The translations under genes were made by a program, and so were the position numbers. Positions 20,101 through 28,529 of a DNA stretch of 64,000 nt are shown here, in pieces. The stretch's first letter is position 1, and every line of letters begins with the position of its first letter. A model generated the notes under the pieces. That model was not told the origin of the DNA and searched no databases. It saw only the letters and a list, made by a program, of their open reading frames with translations. The DNA lies in the NCBI GenBank assembly GCA_024231025.1, contig JAAEQW010000327.1, positions 16,022 to 80,021 of the forward strand, in the 5' to 3' direction. This DNA is from Candidatus Omnitrophota bacterium (GTDB lineage Bacteria; Omnitrophota; Gorgyraeia; Duberdicusellales; 4484-171).

Positions 20101-21341
20101 TTCTTAAAGATCAAACTGGAGTGTATTCCTGAAAATCCACTACTGGTTTTTAGTATGTATTTTGGTTTTTTCTCAATCGCCTTATTCGGAATATAGTTTA
20201 AATCACACTTAGGATCTGGTTCTTTTTGATTAATTGTCGGAGGCAACACTCCTTTTTTAAAAGCCATTGCGCACAAGACACCCTCAACCGCATTAGCCGC
20301 AGCTAGTGGGTGTCCGACCATTGACTTAATTGAACTTATTGGAATTTCATAAGCATAATCACCAAACACTGCCTTATAAGCGTTAGTCTCAAAAACATCA
20401 TTTTGACGAGTTGAACTTCCGTGCGCGTTGATATAATCTATTTCTTGCTTTTCGACTTTTGCATCAGCAAAAGATGCCTCAATTGCCTTTACCATTGCAT
20501 CACCTTCGGGAGGAAGGTCGGTCATATGATAAGCGTTGCAACTTGTTCCATATCCCATAATTTCAAAATAGATATCTGCTCCTCTTTTTCTCGCATGCTC
20601 CAGCTCTTCCAAAATTAGTATTCCGCACCCCTCAGACACAACAAATCCACTTCGCCGATTATCAAAAGGGCAACTAGCTTCACCAGGGGAATCATTGTTT
20701 TTTGCTAAGGCATTAATAACATCGAACGCACCAAAGGTAATCGGCGTAATTGGCGCCTCACTTGCACCAGCGACAATAACATCTTGGCGACCATCGCGTA
20801 TTAGTTCATAACTAAATCCGATTGAATCACTTCCCGCAGTGCAACCGGTAGAAACTGTTGTGTTAAGTCCTTTTAAATTGTAAATTGCAGCAATCTCGGC
20901 AGAAGGAGTGTTAAACATCGCAGCATCATAAAGATAATGGCGCCCTTTTCTTGGATCGATAGGATTTTTACCCCAATCAGTAACAAGCAAAAATTCTTCT
21001 TCCATGTAGCGTGTCCCGCAAATCGCATTCGCTAAAATTACACCGCTACGAAAAAGATCAATTTTAGATAGATCTAAGTTGCTATCTTCAATGGCTCCTT
21101 TTGCCGCAGCAATAGCAAACTGAACATATCTGTCCATGCGATCAGGGTTTTTTATACCAAAATTTTGTGGATCAAAATTTAAATCTTGCGAAGCAATTTT
21201 GGAATTAAATAAGCTTACATCAAAGTTATTTACCTTTTCCACGCAGGGCTTTCCATCGATAAGATTTTGATAAAAAGTATTTTTATCTTCACCGGCCGCT
21301 GAAATTATACCGATACCTGTTACAACAACACGTCTTTTCAT
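20085..21341 (-). CDS. Beta-ketoacyl synthase (KS-alpha / FabF-like, catalytically intact)
   Basis: Active-site VSTGCTAGSDSIG. His motifs NAHGSST and SMVGHPLAAA. 418 aa. Confidence 0.85.
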   Translation of the reverse strand: MKRRVVVTGIGIISAAGEDKNTFYQNLIDGKPCVEKVNNFDVSLFNSKIASQDLNFDPQNFGIKNPDRMDRYVQFAIAAAKGAIEDSNLDLSKIDLFRSGVILANAICGTRYMEEEFLLVTDWGKNPIDPRKGRHYLYDAAMFNTPSAEIAAIYNLKGLNTTVSTGCTAGSDSIGFSYELIRDGRQDVIVAGASEAPITPITFGAFDVINALAKNNDSPGEASCPFDNRRSGFVVSEGCGILILEELEHARKRGADIYFEIMGYGTSCNAYHMTDLPPEGDAMVKAIEASFADAKVEKQEIDYINAHGSSTRQNDVFETNAYKAVFGDYAYEIPISSIKSMVGHPLAAANAVEGVLCAMAFKKGVLPPTINQKEPDPKCDLNYIPNKAIEKKPKYILKTSSGFSGIHSSLIFKNWEGK

Positions 21342-21946
21342 TCTTGCTCCTTTTGGCTGTCTATTCTTTTTATTTTAAACTTTATAAAGCCTCCATCTGG
21401 ACAGGCAGTTTGTGTTTTACACTTTGGATCCTGCTCAAATGAAAATGTCGCGTCAAAATTCAAAGCAAATAAAACAGGGAATATCGCGCTATAGGCTGCA
21501 CCACAAAATCCGTCTGGGGTTTTTAATCCCGTAAGTTCCCACTTATCCCCCTGCTTATAGTTAAAAAAACATTTGCCGCTTACTTCCTCAACCTCAACCT
21601 CTAATTTTTTAGGATTAGGGGCACTTGGTTTTTCTAATTGTGGCTTGTTGATAACTTGGTCATTGTCGTCTAAAACCTCTATTTTACAGAGCAACTTTCC
21701 TCCATCGGGACAAGCTGTTGTAATTGATTTTGTATTTTTCATAAATTTAAATTCGCCGCCGAAGGTTAAAGCATAAAAACATGGAAAAGCTACTTTTGTA
21801 AGACCGGCACAAAAATGTTTTGGCGGATGAGTAAAATCATCTAAAATAAATTCGCTACCAACCTCATAACCATGGTAACAATAACCCTTTTTCTCAAGCA
21901 CGGTTACCTTTAATTTGGGAAATTTAGTTTTTTGCATATTGTCCAT
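21338..21946 (-). CDS. Uncharacterised protein made of two tandem ~95-aa Cys-containing repeats (FC[AG]...FP...ACPDGG)
   Basis: Internal duplication: CAGLTKVAFPCFYALTFGGEFKF...TACPDGGKLLCKIEV versus CGAAYSAIFPVLFALNFDATFSF...TACPDGGFIKFKIKRI. 4-nt overlap with the KS gene. Confidence 0.45.
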   Translation of the reverse strand: MDNMQKTKFPKLKVTVLEKKGYCYHGYEVGSEFILDDFTHPPKHFCAGLTKVAFPCFYALTFGGEFKFMKNTKSITTACPDGGKLLCKIEVLDDNDQVINKPQLEKPSAPNPKKLEVEVEEVSGKCFFNYKQGDKWELTGLKTPDGFCGAAYSAIFPVLFALNFDATFSFEQDPKCKTQTACPDGGFIKFKIKRIDSQKEQE

Positions 21947-21957
21947 TTTTACCTTCC

Positions 21958-22959
21958 TTATCGTGTTTGGTCATAAATTGCATCAATCAACTCTTCCTTT
22001 GAAAGAAAATCCCCTCCTTGTTCGATCTGATGCACCAGTCTTACTATTTTTGTATTCAATGGCGCCTCTATGTGCTCCTCACCTGCAAGGCGTACGATTT
22101 CACCATTTATATAGTCAATCTCTGATTTTTTACCTCGCTTTATGCTTTGCAGTATTGACCCATAAAGCGGTTCCTCACCCAATGTGCTCATGACTTTAGA
22201 AAACAAGACGGCAGCAGTTTCGATTTGCATGGAAACCAACCCCTCCAACTTTTCCTTAGGGTATGTCGGCAAGCTTTCTAAAATAATTTTACTTTTCCGG
22301 ATAGCAACAAAGGCTTCTCGATTAAGTTCGATCGCTAATTTTGCTATATCCAAATCTGAAAATACTTCCTGCATTGGCTTCCCTAACACAGCCGAAATAC
22401 AATTGTTTAAATTAACAAACAGCTTTAAGTATTTGGCGCCTCTTATATTATTTAAGGTAATCGCGTTAAATGCCCCACCAATACTTTTTGCAACATATTT
22501 TGCTTTTTCCATTGATCCATTAAAAATATTACCGACGATTAAATCACCTTTAAAATTATGAACAATTTTATTCGGCGGATAATACGTGCCGGCAAACATA
22601 ACGATTCCGGTAACAATGTTCTCTTTAGGAAAATATTTATTTAAAATATAGTCGGCCTTTACACCATTCTGCGTTGAAACAATCGTCGCTTCTTTTAAAA
22701 ACTCCACATTTTCCTTAATCAGCGGCTCTAGATCATCTATCTTTGTTGCAAATATTGCGATATCAACTTTTTTTTCCAATTTAACGGCCGCATTAACCTT
22801 TACTTTTTTAGCACCGGCTGCACCATCAATGAGTAATCCTTCTCTATCTAAGGCTTGTTTTTGGTAATCTTTTACAATACCAACAACATCGCAGCTCTCA
22901 GAAAGATACCCTAAAAATAATCCGCCAATGGCGCCACAACCTAAAACTGCTATCTTCAT
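21958..22959 (-). CDS. 2-dehydropantoate 2-reductase (ApbA/PanE) family NAD(P)-dependent oxidoreductase
   Basis: MKIAVLGCGAIGG Rossmann motif and the ApbA-family length and C-terminal domain. Confidence 0.7.
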   Translation of the reverse strand: MKIAVLGCGAIGGLFLGYLSESCDVVGIVKDYQKQALDREGLLIDGAAGAKKVKVNAAVKLEKKVDIAIFATKIDDLEPLIKENVEFLKEATIVSTQNGVKADYILNKYFPKENIVTGIVMFAGTYYPPNKIVHNFKGDLIVGNIFNGSMEKAKYVAKSIGGAFNAITLNNIRGAKYLKLFVNLNNCISAVLGKPMQEVFSDLDIAKLAIELNREAFVAIRKSKIILESLPTYPKEKLEGLVSMQIETAAVLFSKVMSTLGEEPLYGSILQSIKRGKKSEIDYINGEIVRLAGEEHIEAPLNTKIVRLVHQIEQGGDFLSKEELIDAIYDQTR

Positions 22960-23007
22960 TTTGTTAAATTATCCTTATGCCCTACTAAGCCTTTAGGCCT
23001 ACAGGGT

Positions 23008-23460
23008 TTACCTTGCTGAAGCTTGTTTTTTCTCTAGATATTTCTTTAACATTTCCAAAATTAAATCAACATTTTCTATATGTTTCTTTTTTCCAATGAT
23101 ATTCCACATCATCTGATTAAAAAACCCTTTTGGACGACAATCAAAACTATAAACAAGTTGCGTAAACTTGCCCCTGTTTAAATGCATTTCCTCAAACCCA
23201 TCAAAAGCGCCTTTATAAAAAATTCTTTTTAAATAAAACCTGCTCTCATCAATCACTTCATTTTTTGCTTTCCATCTTGGGCCAAAAGGAGTAGTCACAA
23301 TATATGAATAGGTTGCCTCCTCAACAGCAGACTCATCCAAATTACAAATACGCATAATGCTTTCGCTAGGCCACCATTCACTGCTGCCCCAAGAAAGCAT
23401 TTGATTAAAAATATCTTTAGGATTAGCATCGACCATAACGCTTTGTGTGATTCTACTCAT
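23008..23460 (-). CDS. SRPBCC-fold (polyketide cyclase/dehydrase-like) protein
   Basis: N-terminal SVMVDANPKDIFNQMLSWGSSEWWP resembles the Polyketide_cyc2 start. 150 aa. Confidence 0.45.
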   Translation of the reverse strand: MSRITQSVMVDANPKDIFNQMLSWGSSEWWPSESIMRICNLDESAVEEATYSYIVTTPFGPRWKAKNEVIDESRFYLKRIFYKGAFDGFEEMHLNRGKFTQLVYSFDCRPKGFFNQMMWNIIGKKKHIENVDLILEMLKKYLEKKQASAR

Positions 23461-23713
23461 TTATATGCTCCTTATAATCAATTTTTAGATGATCGAGCAG
23501 GCGCACCATCATATCCTTAAAAGCCGGTGGCACCTCTTTAAAAAACGCTTTGATTAAATCAACCTTTTCAACTACTTCTGCGTTACGTGCGCGCGCCAGA
23601 TCTTCTGCCGACCCTTTAACTAAGCTTTGCGCAATGCTACGGTGAAATTGCGGAAGATTGCTGGTTATTTTTTCAAAAAGTTCTTTAGCCTCTTTTTCCC
23701 ACTCTATTGACAT
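23453..23713 (-). CDS. Small PCP_red-like domain protein, a paralog of the C-terminus of the B12-radical SAM protein
   Basis: FFKEVPPAFKDMMVRLLDHLKIDYKEHINE aligns with FFQEVPAAFKGLMKTILKEAELDYTKYVDED of the ORF at 13571..15298. Confidence 0.45.
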   Translation of the reverse strand: MSIEWEKEAKELFEKITSNLPQFHRSIAQSLVKGSAEDLARARNAEVVEKVDLIKAFFKEVPPAFKDMMVRLLDHLKIDYKEHINE

Positions 23714-23715
23714 AC

Positions 23716-24513
23716 TTACTCCTTATTGTTTGCCATTGAAGCCCCACCAATTAAATCAAACGCCCCTTTGATCATTTTTGCTTCTGATTCAAAAAATTTA
23801 TAATCAGTAAATCCAAGCTTTCCGGTAATCAGATTGTCGGAAACAGATAAAATCGCTGCCACTTTTTTCTTATAAAGATTAGCCACCGTAACAAACGGAC
23901 TGGTTACCATGTCTACCGCAATCGACCCTTTATCAATGTAAGAATTAACGATCTCTTTTGTTTCTCGAAAGATTGCATCGGTTGTCCATATTCCACCACG
24001 ATGAGTCGGACTAATATTTTTAAAATGTGCCTCTAGCTTATCGGTTAGCTCTTTATCTATATAAGAGGTAAAATCATCATCAACATAATACTTAGTTGCC
24101 CCATCACCGCGCTGCACTGAATCAGCAATAATGAAATCACCGATTTCGATATCTTCGCGTAAAGCTCCACATGAACCAATACGGATTAAAGTTTCAATTC
24201 CCCCAACACATAAAAGTTCAGTAGCAAGAGCTGAGTCAGGAGCATAAAAACCCCCGTTACCAACAGTCACCTTCTTTCCTTTATAGTTGCCGCTCCAAAA
24301 AGTGTATCCCAAAAAAGTAAAATTTTTCACGGGATTTTCCAATTTTTGAAGGCACATTTTCGCACGATGAGGCTGACCACTAATTATACCCACCTCACCA
24401 AAATCACCCGGGTGAAATTGTAAAGAATCCAATAAATCCTGCGGTTTCATGTGAACATCTTTTTGCATCATTGATTTGCTCCTCTTTAAAAGACCAAAGA
24501 TCGTAATCTCCAA
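23716..24513 (-). CDS. Purine/uridine nucleoside phosphorylase, DeoD-type (PNP/UDP family); could act as an MTA phosphorylase
   Basis: ISGQPHRAKMCLQKL...GNYKGKKVTVGNGGFYAPDSALATELL...IRIGSCGAL parallels the DeoD phosphate-binding and ribose-binding motifs. Confidence 0.7.
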   Translation of the reverse strand: MEITIFGLLKRSKSMMQKDVHMKPQDLLDSLQFHPGDFGEVGIISGQPHRAKMCLQKLENPVKNFTFLGYTFWSGNYKGKKVTVGNGGFYAPDSALATELLCVGGIETLIRIGSCGALREDIEIGDFIIADSVQRGDGATKYYVDDDFTSYIDKELTDKLEAHFKNISPTHRGGIWTTDAIFRETKEIVNSYIDKGSIAVDMVTSPFVTVANLYKKKVAAILSVSDNLITGKLGFTDYKFFESEAKMIKGAFDLIGGASMANNKE

Positions 24514-24522
24514 CTTTTCAAT

Positions 24523-24557
24523 CTATGGTCTATGGTCTATGGTCTATGGTCTATGGT
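24523..24557. repeat. Heptamer tandem repeat (ctatggt x5) overlapping the last four codons and the stop of the acyl-CoA ligase gene
   Basis: Read directly. Related ggtctatggtct copies occur at 17660-17695 (intergenic) and 35703-35745 (inside the giant gene, encoding RDHRPETID). Confidence 0.85.
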
Positions 24558-26040
24558 CTAACTCGCTTTTGTCAATTTTGCCGACTCTGTTTTTTGGTAA
24601 TTGGCTCACAAATTCAAAGTAATGCGGAATCTTAAAGTGCGCCAGGTGTTGCTTTAAAAATTCTTTTAGCTCGACCTCCTCTAAGCTTTCTCCTTTCTTA
24701 ATTACGATAAAAGCTTTAGGAACCTCACCGCGTAATTTATCGAACACACCAATAACCGCCGTTTCTTCAACTTTTGTGTGGCGTTGTATTTTTTCTTCTA
24801 CTTCAAATGAAAAAACAATCTCACCGGCAACTTTGATCATTTCTTTTATCCGACCAATTATATAATAAAGTCCGTCTTGATCACGTCGGGCAATGTCGCC
24901 GGTTTTAAGCCACCCATCTTCGGTTAGTGTCTCTTTTGTTAATACCGAATTTTTATAATAGCCGACCATAACCCCCTCGCCTTTAATTAAAAGCTCCCCT
25001 TGATCGACAAGATTTCCTTCATCGTCAATAAGTTTTGCTTCAGTATTAAAATCAAATTTACCAATACTATTAATTTTTGATATATCTTGAGGCGAAAAAG
25101 CATTCGGGGCCGCTGTTTCAGTCATTCCCCAACCATTAAGTAATTTTGCTTCTGGAGAAAGCTCTTGAAACTTTTTTAATAACACCGGCGAAGAAGGCGC
25201 GCCAAAAACAACCGCATAGCGTAATGATGAAAAATTAAATCGTGCTGCATCTTTTAAAGAAAGAATTGCAATAAACATTGCCGGCACAATACAAAATATA
25301 GAAACCTTATGTTTTTCAATGTTTTTTATGAATTCAAAAGGATTAAAGCGCGTTGTTAAAACAAGTGTTGTCGCGAAATTCAACATAAAAAGAATGTAAT
25401 CTAATCCTCCCAAATGCGAAAAAGGCACTCCCGCACACATAAACACATCTTGATCAGTTACTTCTAGAAAATGATTAACATTTTTAACCGGATTATCAAG
25501 ATGACTATAGTTTAGCATTACTCCTTTTGGCTGGCCGGTAGAGCCAGATGTATAAAAAATAGACGATAAGCTATCTTCTTTAATATCGACATCTGGAGCA
25601 TCGGAACTGGCTTGGCAAACTTGCTGCCAAGAAGTAAACTCCGCAAGTTCTTGATCTGGCTGCCCACAAACTACTATTTCTTTTAAATTCGGACACTTTT
25701 GTTTTATGCTATTTAAATCAATTCCCTTTTTAGGAAAAACGATTAAGATTTTTGCTTCGCTGTGATTAATAATATGGATCATTTCACTCTCGGTGAGCAT
25801 AAAATCTACCGGAACGGCACAAGCTCCTTTGCTAAAAACACCGAGCAGAGAAAAAACTGCTTCAGGAATATTTGGAAGATAAACCGCAATCTTCTCGCCA
25901 ACACTGACTGAAAGATGGTTGGCAACCCTAAAAGATGCCTCTTTCAGCTGTAAATACGTGATGGTCCGATCTTCAAAAAGAATTGCGCTCTTTTTGGGGT
26001 AGTTTTCGGCCTGTTTGACTAATAATTCCTTGATATTCAT
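24544..26040 (-). CDS. AMP-dependent synthetase/ligase (acyl-CoA or acyl-ACP ligase)
   Basis: AMP-binding motif YTSGSTGQPKGV. Downstream GWGMTE and DGWLKTGD motifs. 498 aa. Confidence 0.85.
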   Translation of the reverse strand: MNIKELLVKQAENYPKKSAILFEDRTITYLQLKEASFRVANHLSVSVGEKIAVYLPNIPEAVFSLLGVFSKGACAVPVDFMLTESEMIHIINHSEAKILIVFPKKGIDLNSIKQKCPNLKEIVVCGQPDQELAEFTSWQQVCQASSDAPDVDIKEDSLSSIFYTSGSTGQPKGVMLNYSHLDNPVKNVNHFLEVTDQDVFMCAGVPFSHLGGLDYILFMLNFATTLVLTTRFNPFEFIKNIEKHKVSIFCIVPAMFIAILSLKDAARFNFSSLRYAVVFGAPSSPVLLKKFQELSPEAKLLNGWGMTETAAPNAFSPQDISKINSIGKFDFNTEAKLIDDEGNLVDQGELLIKGEGVMVGYYKNSVLTKETLTEDGWLKTGDIARRDQDGLYYIIGRIKEMIKVAGEIVFSFEVEEKIQRHTKVEETAVIGVFDKLRGEVPKAFIVIKKGESLEEVELKEFLKQHLAHFKIPHYFEFVSQLPKNRVGKIDKSELDHRP

Positions 26041-26187
26041 AGTTAAATTTTAATAGTAAAATTTTACTATTTCTGCCAAAATAGTCAAGCTTTTTATCCA
26101 TCACAAAAGGGGTCAGGTCTTTCTTGTTTCACATTAAAATTACAAATAACAATAAATAGTCTCAAAAACCAAAACGGGTTTTATTTT

Positions 26188-26390
26188 GCAGAAAATAGAG
26201 AGTAAACGCATAATAAGAAGCTTTTACTCTTGTTTTATGCGAGGGAAATAGCGATGTTTATATCAGCGCGTAACGTAGGCCTGAAGCGAAGCCAGGCCAG
26301 GTGATTTTCCGCAGCAGAAAATATAGCGTAAAAGCTTCGACTTCCGGGACTTGCGACTTTTACTCTTGTTCTATGCGAGGGAAATAGTGA
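26188..26390. repeat. Two direct repeats of ~70 bp (core cttttactcttgttYtatgcgagggaaatagYga) in the 5' region upstream of the ligase gene
   Basis: Copy 1 at 26188-26254. Copy 2 at 26314-26390. The 34-bp cores are about 94% identical. Confidence 0.6.
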
Positions 26391-26405
26391 GTAAAGGCGC
26401 ATGGG

Positions 26406-27563
26406 TTAACTATTGTGAGGTGTTTTGCTTAAAAAAGTGAGGCACTCCATGTGGTGGGTATGCGGGAAAAAATCAAAAGGCTCTATAAAATCAGGCTTGT
26501 AACTACTTTTCAAACCTTTTAAATCAGTAAAAAGCGTAGTCGGATTACAAGATGAGTAAATAATTCTTTTAGGATTAAGGCGCAATATCGCCCTGATAAT
26601 CTTTGGGTTAAGGCCGCAACGTGGCGGATTTATAATCAAAAGGTCAACATCTCTATAAAAAGTGCCTTGTGTATTAAGAAAGCGCCGCGCGTCCTCAGCA
26701 AAAAAAGAAATATTCTTTATATTGTTTTTTTTAGCATTGATAAAAGCAGCATCAACAATTTGTTTGTGTATTTCAACTCCCCAAACAAACTTCGCCGCTT
26801 CTGCTAAAAATATTCCGATTGTCCCAACGCCACAAAACAAATCTAATACTCGTTCTTTTCCGGTTAATGACGCATATTCTTTAACTTTTCTGTAAAGTTG
26901 CGTAATTCCAACCGGGTTTACCTGAAAAAAAGAATCAATCCCAATATTAAAGGTAAACCCGTCCAGCGTCTCTTCAATATACTCATCTCCCCAAAGCAAT
27001 TCTTTTTTCTCAAAAACAACCGCATCGGACCATGAATCGTTGGTAATCAGATAAATTGATTTAAGTTTAGCTTTTAAGTTTAATGCTGTCAAAACTTTAA
27101 CAAACTCATCTCTGTGAAAATCAACTTTACTCGTTGCAACAACTCCAACCATAAGTTGCCCGCTAAATTTAGCTTCTCTTACAATTAAGTTACGCAAAAA
27201 TCCTTGGTATGTGTATTTATTATATGCGGTATATTTTTTTTCTTTGCAAAACTTAAGAATCGCACCGAGGATAATTTCGGTATCCGGCGAAAAAATTAAA
27301 CATTCCTCAATATTAAAAACTTTTTTCTTTTTTAGCCGGCTATACATTCCACAAACAAGGTCTTCTTCGTTTGAAAAAGTAAACTCCATTTTGTTGCGGT
27401 AAAAATATTCTTGATAATGGTTGATTGGACGCAATTCAGTATCAATGTTGCCCTCAGAAATAAGATCTTTTATGCGTTGCTCTTTACCTTTAAGCTGTGT
27501 TACATAAGGCATGTCTTGAGTTTTACAGCTTCCACATTCACCAAAGTGTTTACAAGTTTTCAC
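26406..27563 (-). CDS. rlmD: 23S rRNA (uracil-5)-methyltransferase RlmD/RumA family (TRAM + Fe-S + SAM methyltransferase)
   Basis: N-terminal CKHFGECGSCK Fe-S cysteines. SAM motif DLFCGVGT. C-terminal catalytic region. Confidence 0.8.
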   Translation of the reverse strand: MKTCKHFGECGSCKTQDMPYVTQLKGKEQRIKDLISEGNIDTELRPINHYQEYFYRNKMEFTFSNEEDLVCGMYSRLKKKKVFNIEECLIFSPDTEIILGAILKFCKEKKYTAYNKYTYQGFLRNLIVREAKFSGQLMVGVVATSKVDFHRDEFVKVLTALNLKAKLKSIYLITNDSWSDAVVFEKKELLWGDEYIEETLDGFTFNIGIDSFFQVNPVGITQLYRKVKEYASLTGKERVLDLFCGVGTIGIFLAEAAKFVWGVEIHKQIVDAAFINAKKNNIKNISFFAEDARRFLNTQGTFYRDVDLLIINPPRCGLNPKIIRAILRLNPKRIIYSSCNPTTLFTDLKGLKSSYKPDFIEPFDFFPHTHHMECLTFLSKTPHNS

Positions 27564-28496
27564 CTACATCCACCAATATCCTAATTCTTTTAAAATCCTT
27601 GGTTTTTGCTGCCAGTCTTCTAAAACTTTAACCCATAATTTCAGAAACACTTTGTTGCCCAAAATTTCTTCTAAATCCAAACGTGCTTGCTTGCCTGCTT
27701 CTTTTAGCCCCTCACCATTTTTACCAATAATGATTTTTCGTTGTGAAGAACGATTCACATAAATGGTTACAGCAATGTCGGTTATCTTTTGCCCTTGAGT
27801 GGTTTGGCGCTCTGCCATTTCTCCAACCTCAACCGCAATTGAATGAGGCAGCTCGCGCTTCAATTGAAGAAAAAGCTTTTCTCTTACTACATCAGCAATA
27901 CGAAATTTTATTGGAAAATCTGTTTTACTTTCTGGATCATAAAATGGTGGATGAACCGGTAAATTATCAACAATTATATCACGCAATGTATCAATATTTT
28001 TACCGGTTTTAGCTGATAGTGGCATATAAACAATAAGGAAATCTTTGCCTTTTTTTGCCTCAATGTGTGTTTTCCAAAAGTCGATATAGTCATTTAAATA
28101 GCGAGAACCTAAATCCATCTTGTTTAGGGCCATAACTACTTTGGTTTCTTGTCTTAATAGAATATCGATTATTCTCTTTTCTTCATCGCCAACCCTGCGA
28201 GAAACATCAGCAACATATATAATTAAATCACACCCGTCCAAAGACCTAGCCGCAATCGTATTAAGATGCTTTGCTAAGCTATCTTTAAAAGAATGCACTC
28301 CCGGAGTATCTAAAAATACAATTTGTGCGCCCTCAACATTTAAAATTCCTCTTATTTGATGACGTGTGGTTTGAGGAATCGGCGAAACAATGCTGATTTT
28401 GTTACCGACTAAAGCATTAAGAACGGTCGACTTACCAACATTAGGTCGCCCCAAAATAGCTACAAACCCACATTTAAACTCTTCTTTCATAGGCAA
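27564..28496 (-). CDS. era: GTPase Era
   Basis: G1 motif GRPNVGKST, G3 motif DTPG, G4 motif NKMD, and a C-terminal KH domain. Confidence 0.9.
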   Translation of the reverse strand: MPMKEEFKCGFVAILGRPNVGKSTVLNALVGNKISIVSPIPQTTRHQIRGILNVEGAQIVFLDTPGVHSFKDSLAKHLNTIAARSLDGCDLIIYVADVSRRVGDEEKRIIDILLRQETKVVMALNKMDLGSRYLNDYIDFWKTHIEAKKGKDFLIVYMPLSAKTGKNIDTLRDIIVDNLPVHPPFYDPESKTDFPIKFRIADVVREKLFLQLKRELPHSIAVEVGEMAERQTTQGQKITDIAVTIYVNRSSQRKIIIGKNGEGLKEAGKQARLDLEEILGNKVFLKLWVKVLEDWQQKPRILKELGYWWM

Positions 28497-28529
28497 TTAT
28501 TCTACACTAAACTTTATAATTGTAAAACG

